Shown here in pieces: positions 41,927-52,031 of a stretch of DNA of 64,000 nucleotides. The position numbers were made by a program, and so were the translations under genes. This DNA is from a bacterium (lineage in GTDB: Bacteria; UBA8248), in assembly GCA_965202625.1 (NCBI GenBank), contig CBDBBI010000010.1, forward strand, positions 384,001 through 448,000, read 5' to 3'. The notes under the pieces are model-generated. The model saw only the letters and a list, made by a program, of their open reading frames with translations, was not told where the DNA came from and ran no database searches. Numbering within the stretch: position 1 is the first letter of the stretch; every line of letters starts with the position of its first letter.

Positions 41927-43562
41927 AGAACTTTTGGGATTTCCAAGAATAAAACGACAAGGCGTCCTCCATCCATTGCGTACAGTTTTTACGGAATCGT
42001 CGCCAACGGCTGTTCGCGCATTGGGCGCGAACGGGATCGGCGTTGCCTTCGACGATCAGACCGTTAAGAGGCGAGAGGTCAAATTCCGCTCGAATGGGTA
42101 TTCTGCCGCGTTCTTCAGGGAGAGTGAGAGACAAAAAACGCGTAAACGCATAAAAGGCGCCACGAATTTTTTCGCACAATCGCTCCGCTCCTCCCGCGTA
42201 TGCGACCAGGGCGGGAACCAGGGGCGTGTAGCGGTTTAACTCCATTCCTCCCTCCGTGCGATTTGTGATGCTGTCAACGCCGACGATGCCGATGGAATCG
42301 TCTGAGAACTCAATCGGAAACAGTCTGGCGTATAGCGTTTCTGCGATTGGCCCTTCTCGGCTGAGGCGTAGATGCACCCGGACACTGAACAGGCCAAAAT
42401 CAATCCAGTCGCATATCAAGGGTAAGTAACGAGCGTCGAATACCTGCTCGTAATTCTCGATTGCGTTCGCCAGGAGCCGAATCGCGTCTTTTGGGGATCG
42501 GGACGATGCGCGCAGCTCAGATTCGAGTCGGGGCGCGGAGTCTCGGAGTATTTTTCGCAATGCGCCCGGCAATGTGTTGTTTCGCCCTATGGGTGTTGTC
42601 CTTTTGGTTCTGACGTAGGCTTTGGCGGTTGACGGACTGGCGCGGAAGCGATGGATAAGCCAGTCTATCGCTTCAAGATGGCTGTGATTCTCGACATCGA
42701 GGGACAAGGGCAGGGGCGTCGTGTTGTCCGTGGCGATCCCGAGTTTACTCAAGTCCGGAAGCCCGAATCCATCAGGATAGACGTCCAGACGAAAGCAACC
42801 CCGCCCGCCGCCGCCTTCCTGGGGTTTGACGAAGAAAGTCGTCGTGTTCCATCTTTTCGCCAAGGCGTCTGCGGCGTCCAGAATAGCGGCGGCGGTCTCC
42901 TCTGCTCCGCCTCCGTTTAATTCCACCACTTCATACTTGGCCATCAGTTGACGTGGGTGCCCATCCGCGTTTAGGATCTGTCTCCCCGCCCTGTTTCCGT
43001 TCAAAAGTTCGTAAGTGGTTTTTTTGTTGGACAATGGTCCGCCGGGGGCAGTAAGCGGTCCGGGCACGACGGCGATTCCCCGGCTTTCTAAAATCTTGGC
43101 CAGGGTTTCGTCGTATAAACTTCTTTGCGCGGCCTGGCTGATGACGAGTAGTTCTTTGGGCGCCTTGGCGGCGCGCGCCAGAAGCTCCTCTCTTCGATTC
43201 AGAACTTTGACGGGGATGGACAATCCGAGGTGATTCAGATGCGCGCTCATCACCCTTGCCGTTTCCATGGTAAGGGGTAGTCGACTCGGAGAGCCGTCCA
43301 GTAAAAGAATTTCTCTTGGACGCCGAAGAGGTGATGCGTCTGCTTGAATGCGCAAATTTGCGAATCGAGACTCCCGTGCCGCCCAATGGTTAAGACTCTC
43401 AAGCAGATCTTCATTTAAATCGCCCACGTTTGAATCGAACTCCTCGCTCACTCGATATAAGTCCCAAACACCGCCGCTCGCATCAGGTGTGAGGTCGTAG
43501 AAAGAAGGTTCCCGTGCGATGGATGAGCGATCGGAATCTGTTGATGTTCGATTTTTCCACAC
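41925..43562 (-). CDS. Divergent ATP-grasp fold protein
   Basis: SNKKTTYELL, FFVKPQEGGGGRGCF, SVRVHL, EFDL...IVEGNADP; start uncertain (ORF open to 43625). Confidence 0.65.
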   Translation of the reverse strand: MWKNRTSTDSDRSSIAREPSFYDLTPDASGGVWDLYRVSEEFDSNVGDLNEDLLESLNHWAARESRFANLRIQADASPLRRPREILLLDGSPSRLPLTMETARVMSAHLNHLGLSIPVKVLNRREELLARAAKAPKELLVISQAAQRSLYDETLAKILESRGIAVVPGPLTAPGGPLSNKKTTYELLNGNRAGRQILNADGHPRQLMAKYEVVELNGGGAEETAAAILDAADALAKRWNTTTFFVKPQEGGGGRGCFRLDVYPDGFGLPDLSKLGIATDNTTPLPLSLDVENHSHLEAIDWLIHRFRASPSTAKAYVRTKRTTPIGRNNTLPGALRKILRDSAPRLESELRASSRSPKDAIRLLANAIENYEQVFDARYLPLICDWIDFGLFSVRVHLRLSREGPIAETLYARLFPIEFSDDSIGIVGVDSITNRTEGGMELNRYTPLVPALVAYAGGAERLCEKIRGAFYAFTRFLSLTLPEERGRIPIRAEFDLSPLNGLIVEGNADPVRAQCANSRWRRFRKNCTQWMEDALSFYSWKSQKF

Positions 43563-43579
43563 GGTTTCGCTCTTGGTTG

Positions 43580-44749
43580 CTAGAACACGGATTTGCGTTG
43601 ATGGAGGAGGTGTTTGACCACCCAATCCCCAATGGCGCCGCCTACTGCCTTATCGGTAGCGAGAGAGGAGCAGCTTGGTGCGATACAGCTCAAGGCGTGT
43701 ATCCCCGTCATGCGATACGCCTCTTCGCGCGCGCGCTTTTCGTTGGCGAGTCGCCCGGAAATGAGTATGTTTGCCTCCCCTACCCTCAGATGGCTTCGAA
43801 GCCAATGAACGATGAGTGTTGATTCCAGTGTATCGCATGCGCAGATGATCAAACCTCTGCGTGAGAGCCAATTTTTGACCCAAGGGTCGCTCGCCACGTG
43901 AAAGCTGGCGTCAGAGCAGGGAGAATCCGCCAATTCCGCGATGACGATCTCTCCTTTAACGCAGGCGTGGCGCAGGAGATTCTGCGCGCATCGCCTGACC
44001 TGGTTTTGGGATATCTCATGGGTAGAAGGCAGCCCCGCATCGACGAAATCCCACCCAAGTCTCGTGGCATCGAAAAAACCGAGAGGTCTTCCATAGTTCA
44101 CCTGCATTAGATCTTTCATGCGTCCCGTTCCGGTGAGCTTCACATAAGAGGCGCGAACGCCTGAGGAATGGAGGGAAGAGGCGAGAGAAGCCGCGCAGGT
44201 TGTTTTGCCCACGTCCATCTCGGAGCCGGCGACCAAAACGATGGGCGCGCGCGGAATTCCTTCCTCATCGACGAGACACCGGGTGTCGGGGATGATGGGT
44301 AGATGAGGAAGCTGAGCGGGTTTTCCACCCAATGAAACGCTCCCTTTCACCTCTATTTTCACGCAGGGCGTTTGAGGGTTCTCGCATAACCCGCAAACGC
44401 CGCCCACGTTTAGCAAGTTCAGCACGGCGCCAGGCGGAGAGGGAGCGTCTGGCTTGCGGCCTGAAATGCTGCGATTCGCATACCGCCCGCCAATTGTGAT
44501 GGCGACGCTCATTTTTTCGCGCAACTTCACCTCGCTCGTTCTCCACGCGCCATGCGTGCCTTGGAGGGCTTCTAGGGTCTCCAGGCGCCCGATGGGTGTA
44601 TTTTCGGGAACGTCGATGACTTCGCCCAATGCGATTCCACCGGAGGGAACAGGTTGCGGGTTGGGCGGGAAATTCGCCTGGAACGCATACGGGCTTTGCG
44701 GGGACAGGAACAACCCTCGGGCCGTGGATGCGAAAAGATCTACTTTCAA
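43580..44749 (-). CDS. DUF1611-like P-loop protein
   Basis: GGRYA..., LNLLNVGGVCG, VAGSEMDVGKTT Walker A, KLTGTGRMKD, DFVDAGLPST. Confidence 0.7.
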   Translation of the reverse strand: MKVDLFASTARGLFLSPQSPYAFQANFPPNPQPVPSGGIALGEVIDVPENTPIGRLETLEALQGTHGAWRTSEVKLREKMSVAITIGGRYANRSISGRKPDAPSPPGAVLNLLNVGGVCGLCENPQTPCVKIEVKGSVSLGGKPAQLPHLPIIPDTRCLVDEEGIPRAPIVLVAGSEMDVGKTTCAASLASSLHSSGVRASYVKLTGTGRMKDLMQVNYGRPLGFFDATRLGWDFVDAGLPSTHEISQNQVRRCAQNLLRHACVKGEIVIAELADSPCSDASFHVASDPWVKNWLSRRGLIICACDTLESTLIVHWLRSHLRVGEANILISGRLANEKRAREEAYRMTGIHALSCIAPSCSSLATDKAVGGAIGDWVVKHLLHQRKSVF

Positions 44750-44763
44750 CTCTTCACCGTGTA

Positions 44764-46203
44764 CTAAGAAGGAGAAAGGGCAAGGCGGCGAATAAGGATA
44801 TTTATCATTTTTCGGGCTCTGGTGGATATTTGTTTTTCTCCTTCTTCATAGATCGAGGAGACGCCTTCCATCTTGCAAAACGCTCCTCTTGGTTCCACTA
44901 TGGTGCCTCTTGCCGGAGGAGAGCAAGTGATGAGCACCTCATCGTTTTCCTGCACTTCACTCAAGCGATAACCCCGCCTGACAAACGCTAGGTTTTTTTT
45001 TCTAAGGGCGTATATTCCAGGTGTCAATGAACGGCCCACCCGCACTCGTGAGGGGCTCGTGTTCCGAACGTAGAGCTGAAAACCGGACAGTTCCGGTTCC
45101 TTGAGGTCGGCAAGCAAACCTTGATGCGCGTCGATAGGGGTGCCTGGTCTGAGAAATTCAGCCAGATGCCAATAGGAGGTGGTGGGGGCACTGCCCTGAA
45201 TGTCCTCGAGCTCGGTCATCAGTTGCGTAGTTCCGAGCACGCGCGGGTTCAGTTCAAGGACGTAGGGTTTCTCACGATGGAGGATGAAATCGACGCCATA
45301 TATTCCCCGGTAACCCGCGTCAGATATCCAGCGTCCAATTCTCAAGGTGGCATCCTCGATTTTCCCTTGGCTCTCGGGGGAAAACAGTCGATACGCCGCG
45401 TAGTCGCTTCCCGCATAGTCAAAGCGGTGCATGGAGCAGCCGGGAATTCCGGTGAACATAACGGAAGGGTGGGACATCCAGGGTTTACCGTCGTAGATTA
45501 ATCCTGTCGCGCCGATGGCCGGTCCATCAAGAAATTTGTTCACGATAACCAGCGCGTCGGATCCTAGTTTTTCGATGAGCGCATCCCGTCTCCGTGAGAG
45601 TTCTTGAGAGGAACTGACGAGGTGCGTCTGGTTGCCTGACGAGCCGATTCTCTCGGAGATCACTACGGCGGGCCCAAAGGCTTGCATCTGTTTGGTCCCG
45701 AGCTCGCCCAATGCCACCACGTCGCCGGGGGGAACGTCGAGACCTGTTTCGATAGCTTGATGCCGAAGGGCTACCTTGTCATCAAAGCGGGTTTTGATTT
45801 CCAGAGGATTCGCCAGAATGCGGAGTCTCTCTCCGGCTTGCTCGGCGAGTTTGCCGAGAAATTCCGTGGAACGATAAGGGATGACATATTGAGGCCCCTG
45901 CCCTTGGGAGAGAAATTCACGAATTTGCGCCCCTAAGGCGCCTTCGTATGCTTCCGCAAGTGATGTGTGCGTCCACACGATTCGCCTTTTCTCCTCTCCC
46001 CGCTCCACGGCGAAATACCGGAGGCGTTTGTCCCATTCGGGTCCGTCGAGCCCGTAATCACAGGCGATGAGAAAATCGAGCGGAACGATGCGCTCCACGG
46101 TGATCGAATCGGCCGAGCGCAGCCCCTGAAAGCCGAATATTGCTCCATCCGGAATAGTGGACGTCAGCATGTCGTGAAAATCATCTTTTGTGCGTCCAGG
46201 CAA
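44764..46203 (-). CDS. ATP-grasp carboxylate-amine ligase-like protein
   Basis: FDDKVAL, GSSGNQT loop, KFLDG, GYRGIYGVDFI, ELNPR. Confidence 0.8.
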   Translation of the reverse strand: MPGRTKDDFHDMLTSTIPDGAIFGFQGLRSADSITVERIVPLDFLIACDYGLDGPEWDKRLRYFAVERGEEKRRIVWTHTSLAEAYEGALGAQIREFLSQGQGPQYVIPYRSTEFLGKLAEQAGERLRILANPLEIKTRFDDKVALRHQAIETGLDVPPGDVVALGELGTKQMQAFGPAVVISERIGSSGNQTHLVSSSQELSRRRDALIEKLGSDALVIVNKFLDGPAIGATGLIYDGKPWMSHPSVMFTGIPGCSMHRFDYAGSDYAAYRLFSPESQGKIEDATLRIGRWISDAGYRGIYGVDFILHREKPYVLELNPRVLGTTQLMTELEDIQGSAPTTSYWHLAEFLRPGTPIDAHQGLLADLKEPELSGFQLYVRNTSPSRVRVGRSLTPGIYALRKKNLAFVRRGYRLSEVQENDEVLITCSPPARGTIVEPRGAFCKMEGVSSIYEEGEKQISTRARKMINILIRRLALSPS

Positions 46204-46423
46204 GAAAGGCGTCCTTCATGGAGAATCATAGTGAATGCGCCCGGTTTTTTTATAAAAGCGAAACGCCAGATTTTATTTCGATGGCCTTGCTGACTTACAT
46301 GATGGATCGACGCCTCGCAACCGTGAAGTTTCAGACGTTGTCTGCTGCAAGTCGCCCCTCACTATGCTAAGATACATACATTCCCGTCCCGTGAATACGC
46401 CTTTGAGGCGCGCGAGTCAATGA

Positions 46424-47356
46424 ATGTCGGAAAAGAGAAAGATGCGAGAATCGGGTCTTGATGCGTATGATTACCCCACTATGTCCGCATCGGAACTGAG
46501 GTGGGAGAAGTTTCGCCGAAGCATGATGCGCTCGAAACCAGCGATGCTCGGTGGCGTTTTTCTCTTCATGCTTGTGATCGTTTCTGTTTCCGCTCCTCTC
46601 ATCGCGCCGCAAAACCCGCGAGAGGTTGACGTGAACTTGCGTTTGAAGCCCCCCGTCTGGGTGGAGGGAGGAACCTCGGCCTACCTTTTAGGTACCGACG
46701 CCTTGGGCCGGGACATTCTGAGCCGGCTCATTTACGGGGGCCGCATCTCTATTTTGGTGGGCCTTAGTTCCGTGGTGATTTCAGGGGCGATCGGGATAGT
46801 TCTGGGTCTCGTCTCAGGCTTTTTCGGAGGGAAGATCGACGACCTCATCAGCGGGTTCTCTGAAATTCAACTGGCGTTTCCCTTCATTCTCTTAGCCGTT
46901 ACCATCATGGCGGTTATCGGGCCAGGTCTTCTCAACATCATCCTGGTGCTGGGGATTAGCCGATGGGTAGCGTATGGGCGTGTGGTCAGAGGTCAGGTCA
47001 TCTCAATTCGAGAGCGTGAGTTCGTCGAAGCCACCCGCGCCCTCGGCTATCCTTTGTATCGCATTTTGTTTATGCAAATATTGCCTAATACCTTCTCTCC
47101 GCTGATCGTCATCGCCACGTTCGCTGTGGCGGGAAACATCATCTCTGAATCTTCGCTGAGTTTTTTGGGGCTTGGCGTTCCTCCTTCCGTGGTTACTTGG
47201 GGGGGTATGTTGTCCGAGGGGCGTGAATACCTTCGCGGCGCATGGTGGATGGCGACCTTTCCGGGCCTCGCCATCATGGCGACGGTTCTGAGCATCAACC
47301 TGATTGGAGACTGGTTAAGGGATTACATGGATCCCCGTATTGGCGATGAGCTTTAG
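46424..47356 (+). CDS. Peptide/nickel ABC transporter permease (DppC-like)
   Basis: LGTDALGRD, EFVEATRALG EAA loop, ESSLSFLGLG. Confidence 0.93.
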   Translation: MSEKRKMRESGLDAYDYPTMSASELRWEKFRRSMMRSKPAMLGGVFLFMLVIVSVSAPLIAPQNPREVDVNLRLKPPVWVEGGTSAYLLGTDALGRDILSRLIYGGRISILVGLSSVVISGAIGIVLGLVSGFFGGKIDDLISGFSEIQLAFPFILLAVTIMAVIGPGLLNIILVLGISRWVAYGRVVRGQVISIREREFVEATRALGYPLYRILFMQILPNTFSPLIVIATFAVAGNIISESSLSFLGLGVPPSVVTWGGMLSEGREYLRGAWWMATFPGLAIMATVLSINLIGDWLRDYMDPRIGDEL

Positions 47357-47390
47357 GCCTTTAGGTGTTTCGGTTTTTAAGGGAGTAGAC

Positions 47391-48944
47391 ATGAAAAAGA
47401 CCTTCTTCCGAGGACTTGCGCTTCTCACCCTGGCCATCGGCCTCATCGCTTGTGGCCAAGAGGCGAAGGACAGGCCGCTTGCGGTTCTCCTTCCGGTGGA
47501 GGCCAACACTCTCGACCCGCATCAGGCGACCTCCACCATTGAGTGGTCGATATTAATGAACATGTTCGACCCGCTCATCCACCGGCGCGACGATATGACG
47601 TTGGCGCCCGCTCTGGCCGAGCGTTGGGAGGTGGATGAGGCGAAGAGGGTATGGACGTTTTATCTGCGCAAAGGGGTGAAATTCCATAACGGTGAACCAT
47701 TCGACGCCGAATCCGTGCGCTATACGTTTGAGCGTATGCGCGATAAAAAACTCAAACATCGAATCACGGTTTATCGAAGGATTTTCTTAGATAAAATAGA
47801 AAAACTGGACTCCCACACCGTGAAAATTCACACCAGGCGCCCGGTTGCGACCTTGCCGGTGTGGATGGTGAACGCGTTCATGTTGCCGCCGAAATACTAT
47901 TCATCCACCTCTCCGAAAGAATTGTTGCGAAAGCCGGTGGGGACAGGGCCGTATAAACTGGTGGAATGGATCAAGGACGATCGGATCGTGATGGAGGCCA
48001 ACGACGGTTGGTGGGGGGGAGAGCCAGGAATAAAAAAAGCGGTGTGGAGGCCGGTGCCGGAGGTTTCCGCCCGAATAGCCGAGCTGGAAACGGGCGGGGC
48101 CGATATCATCTTGAACATCTCGCCCGATCAATCGAAAACCATAGCGGCGAGCGAAGATGGCATCCAGTTCAAGGGAATACAAGGGGGCCGCAGGGTGTAT
48201 CTTGGCGTTCGGACGGACCACGGAGCACTCGGCGACGGGCGCGTTCGCCGGGCGCTGAACTACGCGGTCGATTTTGGAACCATCGTCAAGAACGTTCTCC
48301 TGGGGCATGGCTCTCGAATGAAGAGCGTCGTGAACGCTCCTAACAGCGACCCCGCCTTGAAGGCGTATCCCTACGATCCCCAAAAGGCCAAGGCGCTTCT
48401 TGCCGAGGCCGGACTGAAAGACGCGGATGGCGATGGCGTCCTGGAGGTGAATGGAAAACCCTTCACGCTGGAGATTGAGGTGCCTGCTTCCAGATATCTT
48501 AAGGGCAAGGAGATGGCGGAGTCCGTGGCCGCGAACTTTCGCGCCGTGGGGGTTGAGGTGGAGGTGATCCCACTGGAATGGTCTCTGTTCCTGTCCAAGC
48601 GAAGGAAAAAAACGTTGGCGCCTTTGTATTTTCATGGATTCAGCTCCGCGTTCAACGAGGAGCTCGATTTGGGGGTTTTGCGGCCCAACCTTTTCGCCAA
48701 TCTCACCGCTTGGAGCGACGAGGCGTTTTTGGAAAATTACAAGAAATTGGGCCAGACGTTTGACCCCGAGGAGCGCAGGCGCATCAGCTTTCAAATGCAG
48801 CGGATTGTTCGCGAGGGCAGCCCTTGGGTGTTTCTCTGGAACCAGTATGATTTTTTTGGTCTTAGCGCTCGCGCGAAGTGGACGCCAAGGCCGGATGAAA
48901 GAATTTATTTGCCCACGGTTCGATTGGAAGAGGCGAAAGGATAA
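47391..48944 (+). CDS. ABC transporter substrate-binding lipoprotein, family 5
   Basis: Lipobox LIAC, LRKGVKFHNGEPF, PVGTGPYK, VRRALNYAVD. Confidence 0.93.
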   Translation: MKKTFFRGLALLTLAIGLIACGQEAKDRPLAVLLPVEANTLDPHQATSTIEWSILMNMFDPLIHRRDDMTLAPALAERWEVDEAKRVWTFYLRKGVKFHNGEPFDAESVRYTFERMRDKKLKHRITVYRRIFLDKIEKLDSHTVKIHTRRPVATLPVWMVNAFMLPPKYYSSTSPKELLRKPVGTGPYKLVEWIKDDRIVMEANDGWWGGEPGIKKAVWRPVPEVSARIAELETGGADIILNISPDQSKTIAASEDGIQFKGIQGGRRVYLGVRTDHGALGDGRVRRALNYAVDFGTIVKNVLLGHGSRMKSVVNAPNSDPALKAYPYDPQKAKALLAEAGLKDADGDGVLEVNGKPFTLEIEVPASRYLKGKEMAESVAANFRAVGVEVEVIPLEWSLFLSKRRKKTLAPLYFHGFSSAFNEELDLGVLRPNLFANLTAWSDEAFLENYKKLGQTFDPEERRRISFQMQRIVREGSPWVFLWNQYDFFGLSARAKWTPRPDERIYLPTVRLEEAKG

Positions 48945-48946
48945 GG

Positions 48947-49864
48947 ATGAGCGCCTATCTTCTGCGCAGAGTCGTCCGGGCGGTCGTGGTTGTGGCAGGC
49001 GTGAGCTTCATCTCGTTCGCGGTTTTGTTTTTGTCGGGCGATCCGACGGATACGATGGTGGGTGAGGATTGGACGGTGGAAGAGGTGGAAAAACTTCGCC
49101 AGGACATGGGAATCGACAAGCCTTGGTTCGTTCAATACACGTCATACGTGAGCAGGGCCGTCCGCGGCGATTTCGGGGAAAGTTTGCGTTATCGCCAGCC
49201 CGCCTTCGAGCTCATTATGGAGCGATTGCCGGCGACTCTGGAGCTTGCTCTCGTGGCGCTCGTTCTTTCGATCGTTCTGGCGTTTCCCGTGGGGATCGTG
49301 AGCGCGACGCAACGCGGCTCCTCCTATGACCATGGGGGAATGATTCTCGCGCTCCTGGGACAGTCCATCCCCGTTTTCTGGCTTGGCTTAATGCTGATCC
49401 TGATCTTTGGAGTGCATTTAAGGTGGTTGCCAGTTAGCGGTAGGGGCGGATGGGAGTATTTGGTGCTGCCCTCCATTGCTCTTTCTACGTATGCGATCGC
49501 GAGAAATACGCGGGTGGTCCGGAGCTCCATGCTGGAAGTGCTGCGGCATGAATACGTGAAGACGGCGCGCGCGAAAGGATTATCCGAATGGGTCGTCATC
49601 AACTTACATGTCCTCAGAAATTCCATGATTCCGGTGGTCACGATAATCGGGCTCGAGTTTGGACATCTGCTGGGGGGCGCCGTGATTGTCGAGACAATTT
49701 TTGCCTGGCCGGGGGTGGGAAGGCTCTTGATTCAGGCCGTCTACGCCAAGGATTTCCCCCTCGTGCAAGCCTCGGTGACCATCACCGCCCTGATATTCGT
49801 ATCCTTGAATCTCATCGTTGACCTTACCTATTCCCTCCTCGACCCGAGAGTCAGACTGCATTGA
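48947..49864 (+). CDS. Peptide/nickel ABC transporter permease (DppB-like)
   Basis: GDFGES, YVKTARAKGL, ETIFAWPGVG, DPRVR. Confidence 0.93.
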   Translation: MSAYLLRRVVRAVVVVAGVSFISFAVLFLSGDPTDTMVGEDWTVEEVEKLRQDMGIDKPWFVQYTSYVSRAVRGDFGESLRYRQPAFELIMERLPATLELALVALVLSIVLAFPVGIVSATQRGSSYDHGGMILALLGQSIPVFWLGLMLILIFGVHLRWLPVSGRGGWEYLVLPSIALSTYAIARNTRVVRSSMLEVLRHEYVKTARAKGLSEWVVINLHVLRNSMIPVVTIIGLEFGHLLGGAVIVETIFAWPGVGRLLIQAVYAKDFPLVQASVTITALIFVSLNLIVDLTYSLLDPRVRLH

Positions 49865-50799
49865 TCCGAACGGCTTATCTTTGGCCGCCGGAATCGCTCC
49901 TACATGACAACGGCCGGCACGTAGAGAACATAGCGCGCGCCAGACGACTAGCACCCGATAGGATCGTTCCGCAAATTCCCCATCTGGCGGAAGTGCCGAT
50001 CAAGCACCACGATGTCAGAAAATGGGTTCTCACGGTGCATGAGGAGTCGCACCATCGGTTCGTGCGCGAATCGTGCGCGGGAGGCGGATACGTTCTGGAT
50101 CGTGGCGATACGCAGGCCGGGCCTGGAAGCTATGAAGCCGCACTCGCCGCCGTGGATGCGGCACTGAGCGCGGCGGACGCCGTCATGGCGGCGGAAGCCG
50201 ACAACGCTTTTTGCGCCATCCGGCCGCCGGGCCACCACGCTTTACCCCATCAGTCCATGGGTTTTTGTTTGTTTGCCACCGCGTCCATTTTGGTTCGATA
50301 TCTACAGGAGCAACATGGGCTTAGCAGAGTCGCCGTGGTGGACTGGGACGTCCATCATGGAAACGGCACGCAGTATGTCTTCTGGCGTGATCCCGACGTG
50401 CTTTTCGTCTCCTTGCATCAACATCCGCACTATCCGGGCACGGGTCTTGCCAATGAAACGGGAGAGGGCGCCGGCCAGGGCAAGACGCTGAACGTTCCCA
50501 TTATGGCGGGGACTTACGAGGAGGAGTATCTCATACAGTTTCAAGAGAGCGTCGTCCCCGCCGTCGAGGCGCACGCACCGGAGGCGATCGTCGTATCAGC
50601 CGGCTTTGACGCGCACCGAGACGATCCGCTCGGAGAATTGATGATTAGCGAAGAGGGGTTCGCCTGCTTGACCCGGTCCGTAAAGGCGCTTTCTGAGAAT
50701 TTATGTTCAGGACGCCTCATCAGTCTGCTTGAGGGAGGATACGATCTCGATGCCTTGGAGCGTTCCGTTCTGGCTCACTTGCGGGAATTGTCCGCATGA
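49861..50799 (+). CDS. Histone deacetylase / acetylpolyamine amidohydrolase family
   Basis: RPPGHHA, GFCLF, DWDVHHGNGTQ, SAGFDAH, LEGGY. Confidence 0.93.
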   Translation: MIRTAYLWPPESLLHDNGRHVENIARARRLAPDRIVPQIPHLAEVPIKHHDVRKWVLTVHEESHHRFVRESCAGGGYVLDRGDTQAGPGSYEAALAAVDAALSAADAVMAAEADNAFCAIRPPGHHALPHQSMGFCLFATASILVRYLQEQHGLSRVAVVDWDVHHGNGTQYVFWRDPDVLFVSLHQHPHYPGTGLANETGEGAGQGKTLNVPIMAGTYEEEYLIQFQESVVPAVEAHAPEAIVVSAGFDAHRDDPLGELMISEEGFACLTRSVKALSENLCSGRLISLLEGGYDLDALERSVLAHLRELSA

Positions 50800-50870
50800 T
50801 GAATGATCTTTGAGAAGGGTTGCGGGTGCACTTTCATGTGCGCGTTCTAGGTGCGAAGCGGAGAATGAAG

Positions 50871-52019
50871 ATGAACGCGGGAGATGGAGAATTTCGTCGC
50901 GCGAACCCCCGCCCCGCCAGCAGATGGCGATGGAGCGTTTTGTCCGTTTTCCTCTTGGGCGCCGTTCTCGCGTGGCTGTTTGTGGAGCGCTACCTTGATG
51001 ACGTTCACGATCCGAACGCCGTCCCTCGTGTGGTCACCCCCCGTGGCGATCTCGCCTCCGAGGAAAAATCCAACATAGAACTTTTTCGCCTCTCCTCCCC
51101 GTCGGTCGTCTACATCACGACGCTGACGATGAGGCGCGACATGTTCAGTCTCAACACCTTTGAAATTCCACAGGGCACGGGCACTGGCTTCGTCTGGAAC
51201 GATCAGGGGCACGTCATCACGAATTTTCACGTCATCCGGCAGGCGAGCGTCTTGCGCGTCACTTTGGCGGATCAGTCCGAGTGGGAGGCGCGCGTCGTAG
51301 GTGTGGCACCGGATCAGGATTTGGCGGTTCTCTTCATTAACGCGCCGAAGAGGCGTTTGAAGCCGATTGCGGTTGGCCGGTCCGCGAATTTACAAGTGGG
51401 GCAAAGGGTGTTCGCGATTGGCAACCCTTTTGGATTGGACCAAACCCTCACCACGGGGATCATCAGCGCCTTGGGACGCGAGATCAACAGCGTCTCTGGT
51501 CGCAAAATCAACGGCGTCATTCAGACCGACGCCGCGATCAATCCGGGCAATTCTGGAGGGCCTCTCCTGGATAGCGCAGCGCGCCTTATAGGCGTCAACA
51601 CCGCCATCTTCAGCCCTTCCGGCTCCAATGCGGGCATTGGCTTTGCTGTTCCCGTGGACACCGTGAACCGAACCGTCCCCCAGTTAATTCGACATGGCCA
51701 CGTCATCAGGCCGGGCCTCGGCATCCACGTCGCCGACAGAAGCACGACGGAACGCCTCGGTATAGAGGGGGTATTGATCATTCGTGTGCAGAAGGGCAGC
51801 ACGGCCGAAGCCGTGGGGTTGCGCGGCATGGGGAGGAGCCCGGAAGGCCGGCTCGTTCTGGGAGACGTCATCGTTGGCGTGGCGGAGAAGTCTGTCGCCT
51901 CGCTTGATGACTTGTTGAACGCGCTTGATGCGCATAAGGTGGGCGACATCGTGCAGGTGCGTCTGGTGCGCGACGGGAGTTCGATGAGCGTGGACGTAAA
52001 ACTTCAGGCTCTCGGATAA
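50871..52019 (+). CDS. S1C (HtrA/DegP-like) serine protease with one PDZ domain
   Basis: TM anchor, TNFHVI, DLAVL, QTDAAINPGNSGGPL, C-terminal PDZ. Confidence 0.93.
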   Translation: MNAGDGEFRRANPRPASRWRWSVLSVFLLGAVLAWLFVERYLDDVHDPNAVPRVVTPRGDLASEEKSNIELFRLSSPSVVYITTLTMRRDMFSLNTFEIPQGTGTGFVWNDQGHVITNFHVIRQASVLRVTLADQSEWEARVVGVAPDQDLAVLFINAPKRRLKPIAVGRSANLQVGQRVFAIGNPFGLDQTLTTGIISALGREINSVSGRKINGVIQTDAAINPGNSGGPLLDSAARLIGVNTAIFSPSGSNAGIGFAVPVDTVNRTVPQLIRHGHVIRPGLGIHVADRSTTERLGIEGVLIIRVQKGSTAEAVGLRGMGRSPEGRLVLGDVIVGVAEKSVASLDDLLNALDAHKVGDIVQVRLVRDGSSMSVDVKLQALG

Positions 52020-52031
52020 GGGACGCGCGGC

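Noticed and set aside
48419-48445. DADGDGVLE EF-hand-like motif in the binding protein
   Set aside because: Common feature of family 5 solute-binding proteins
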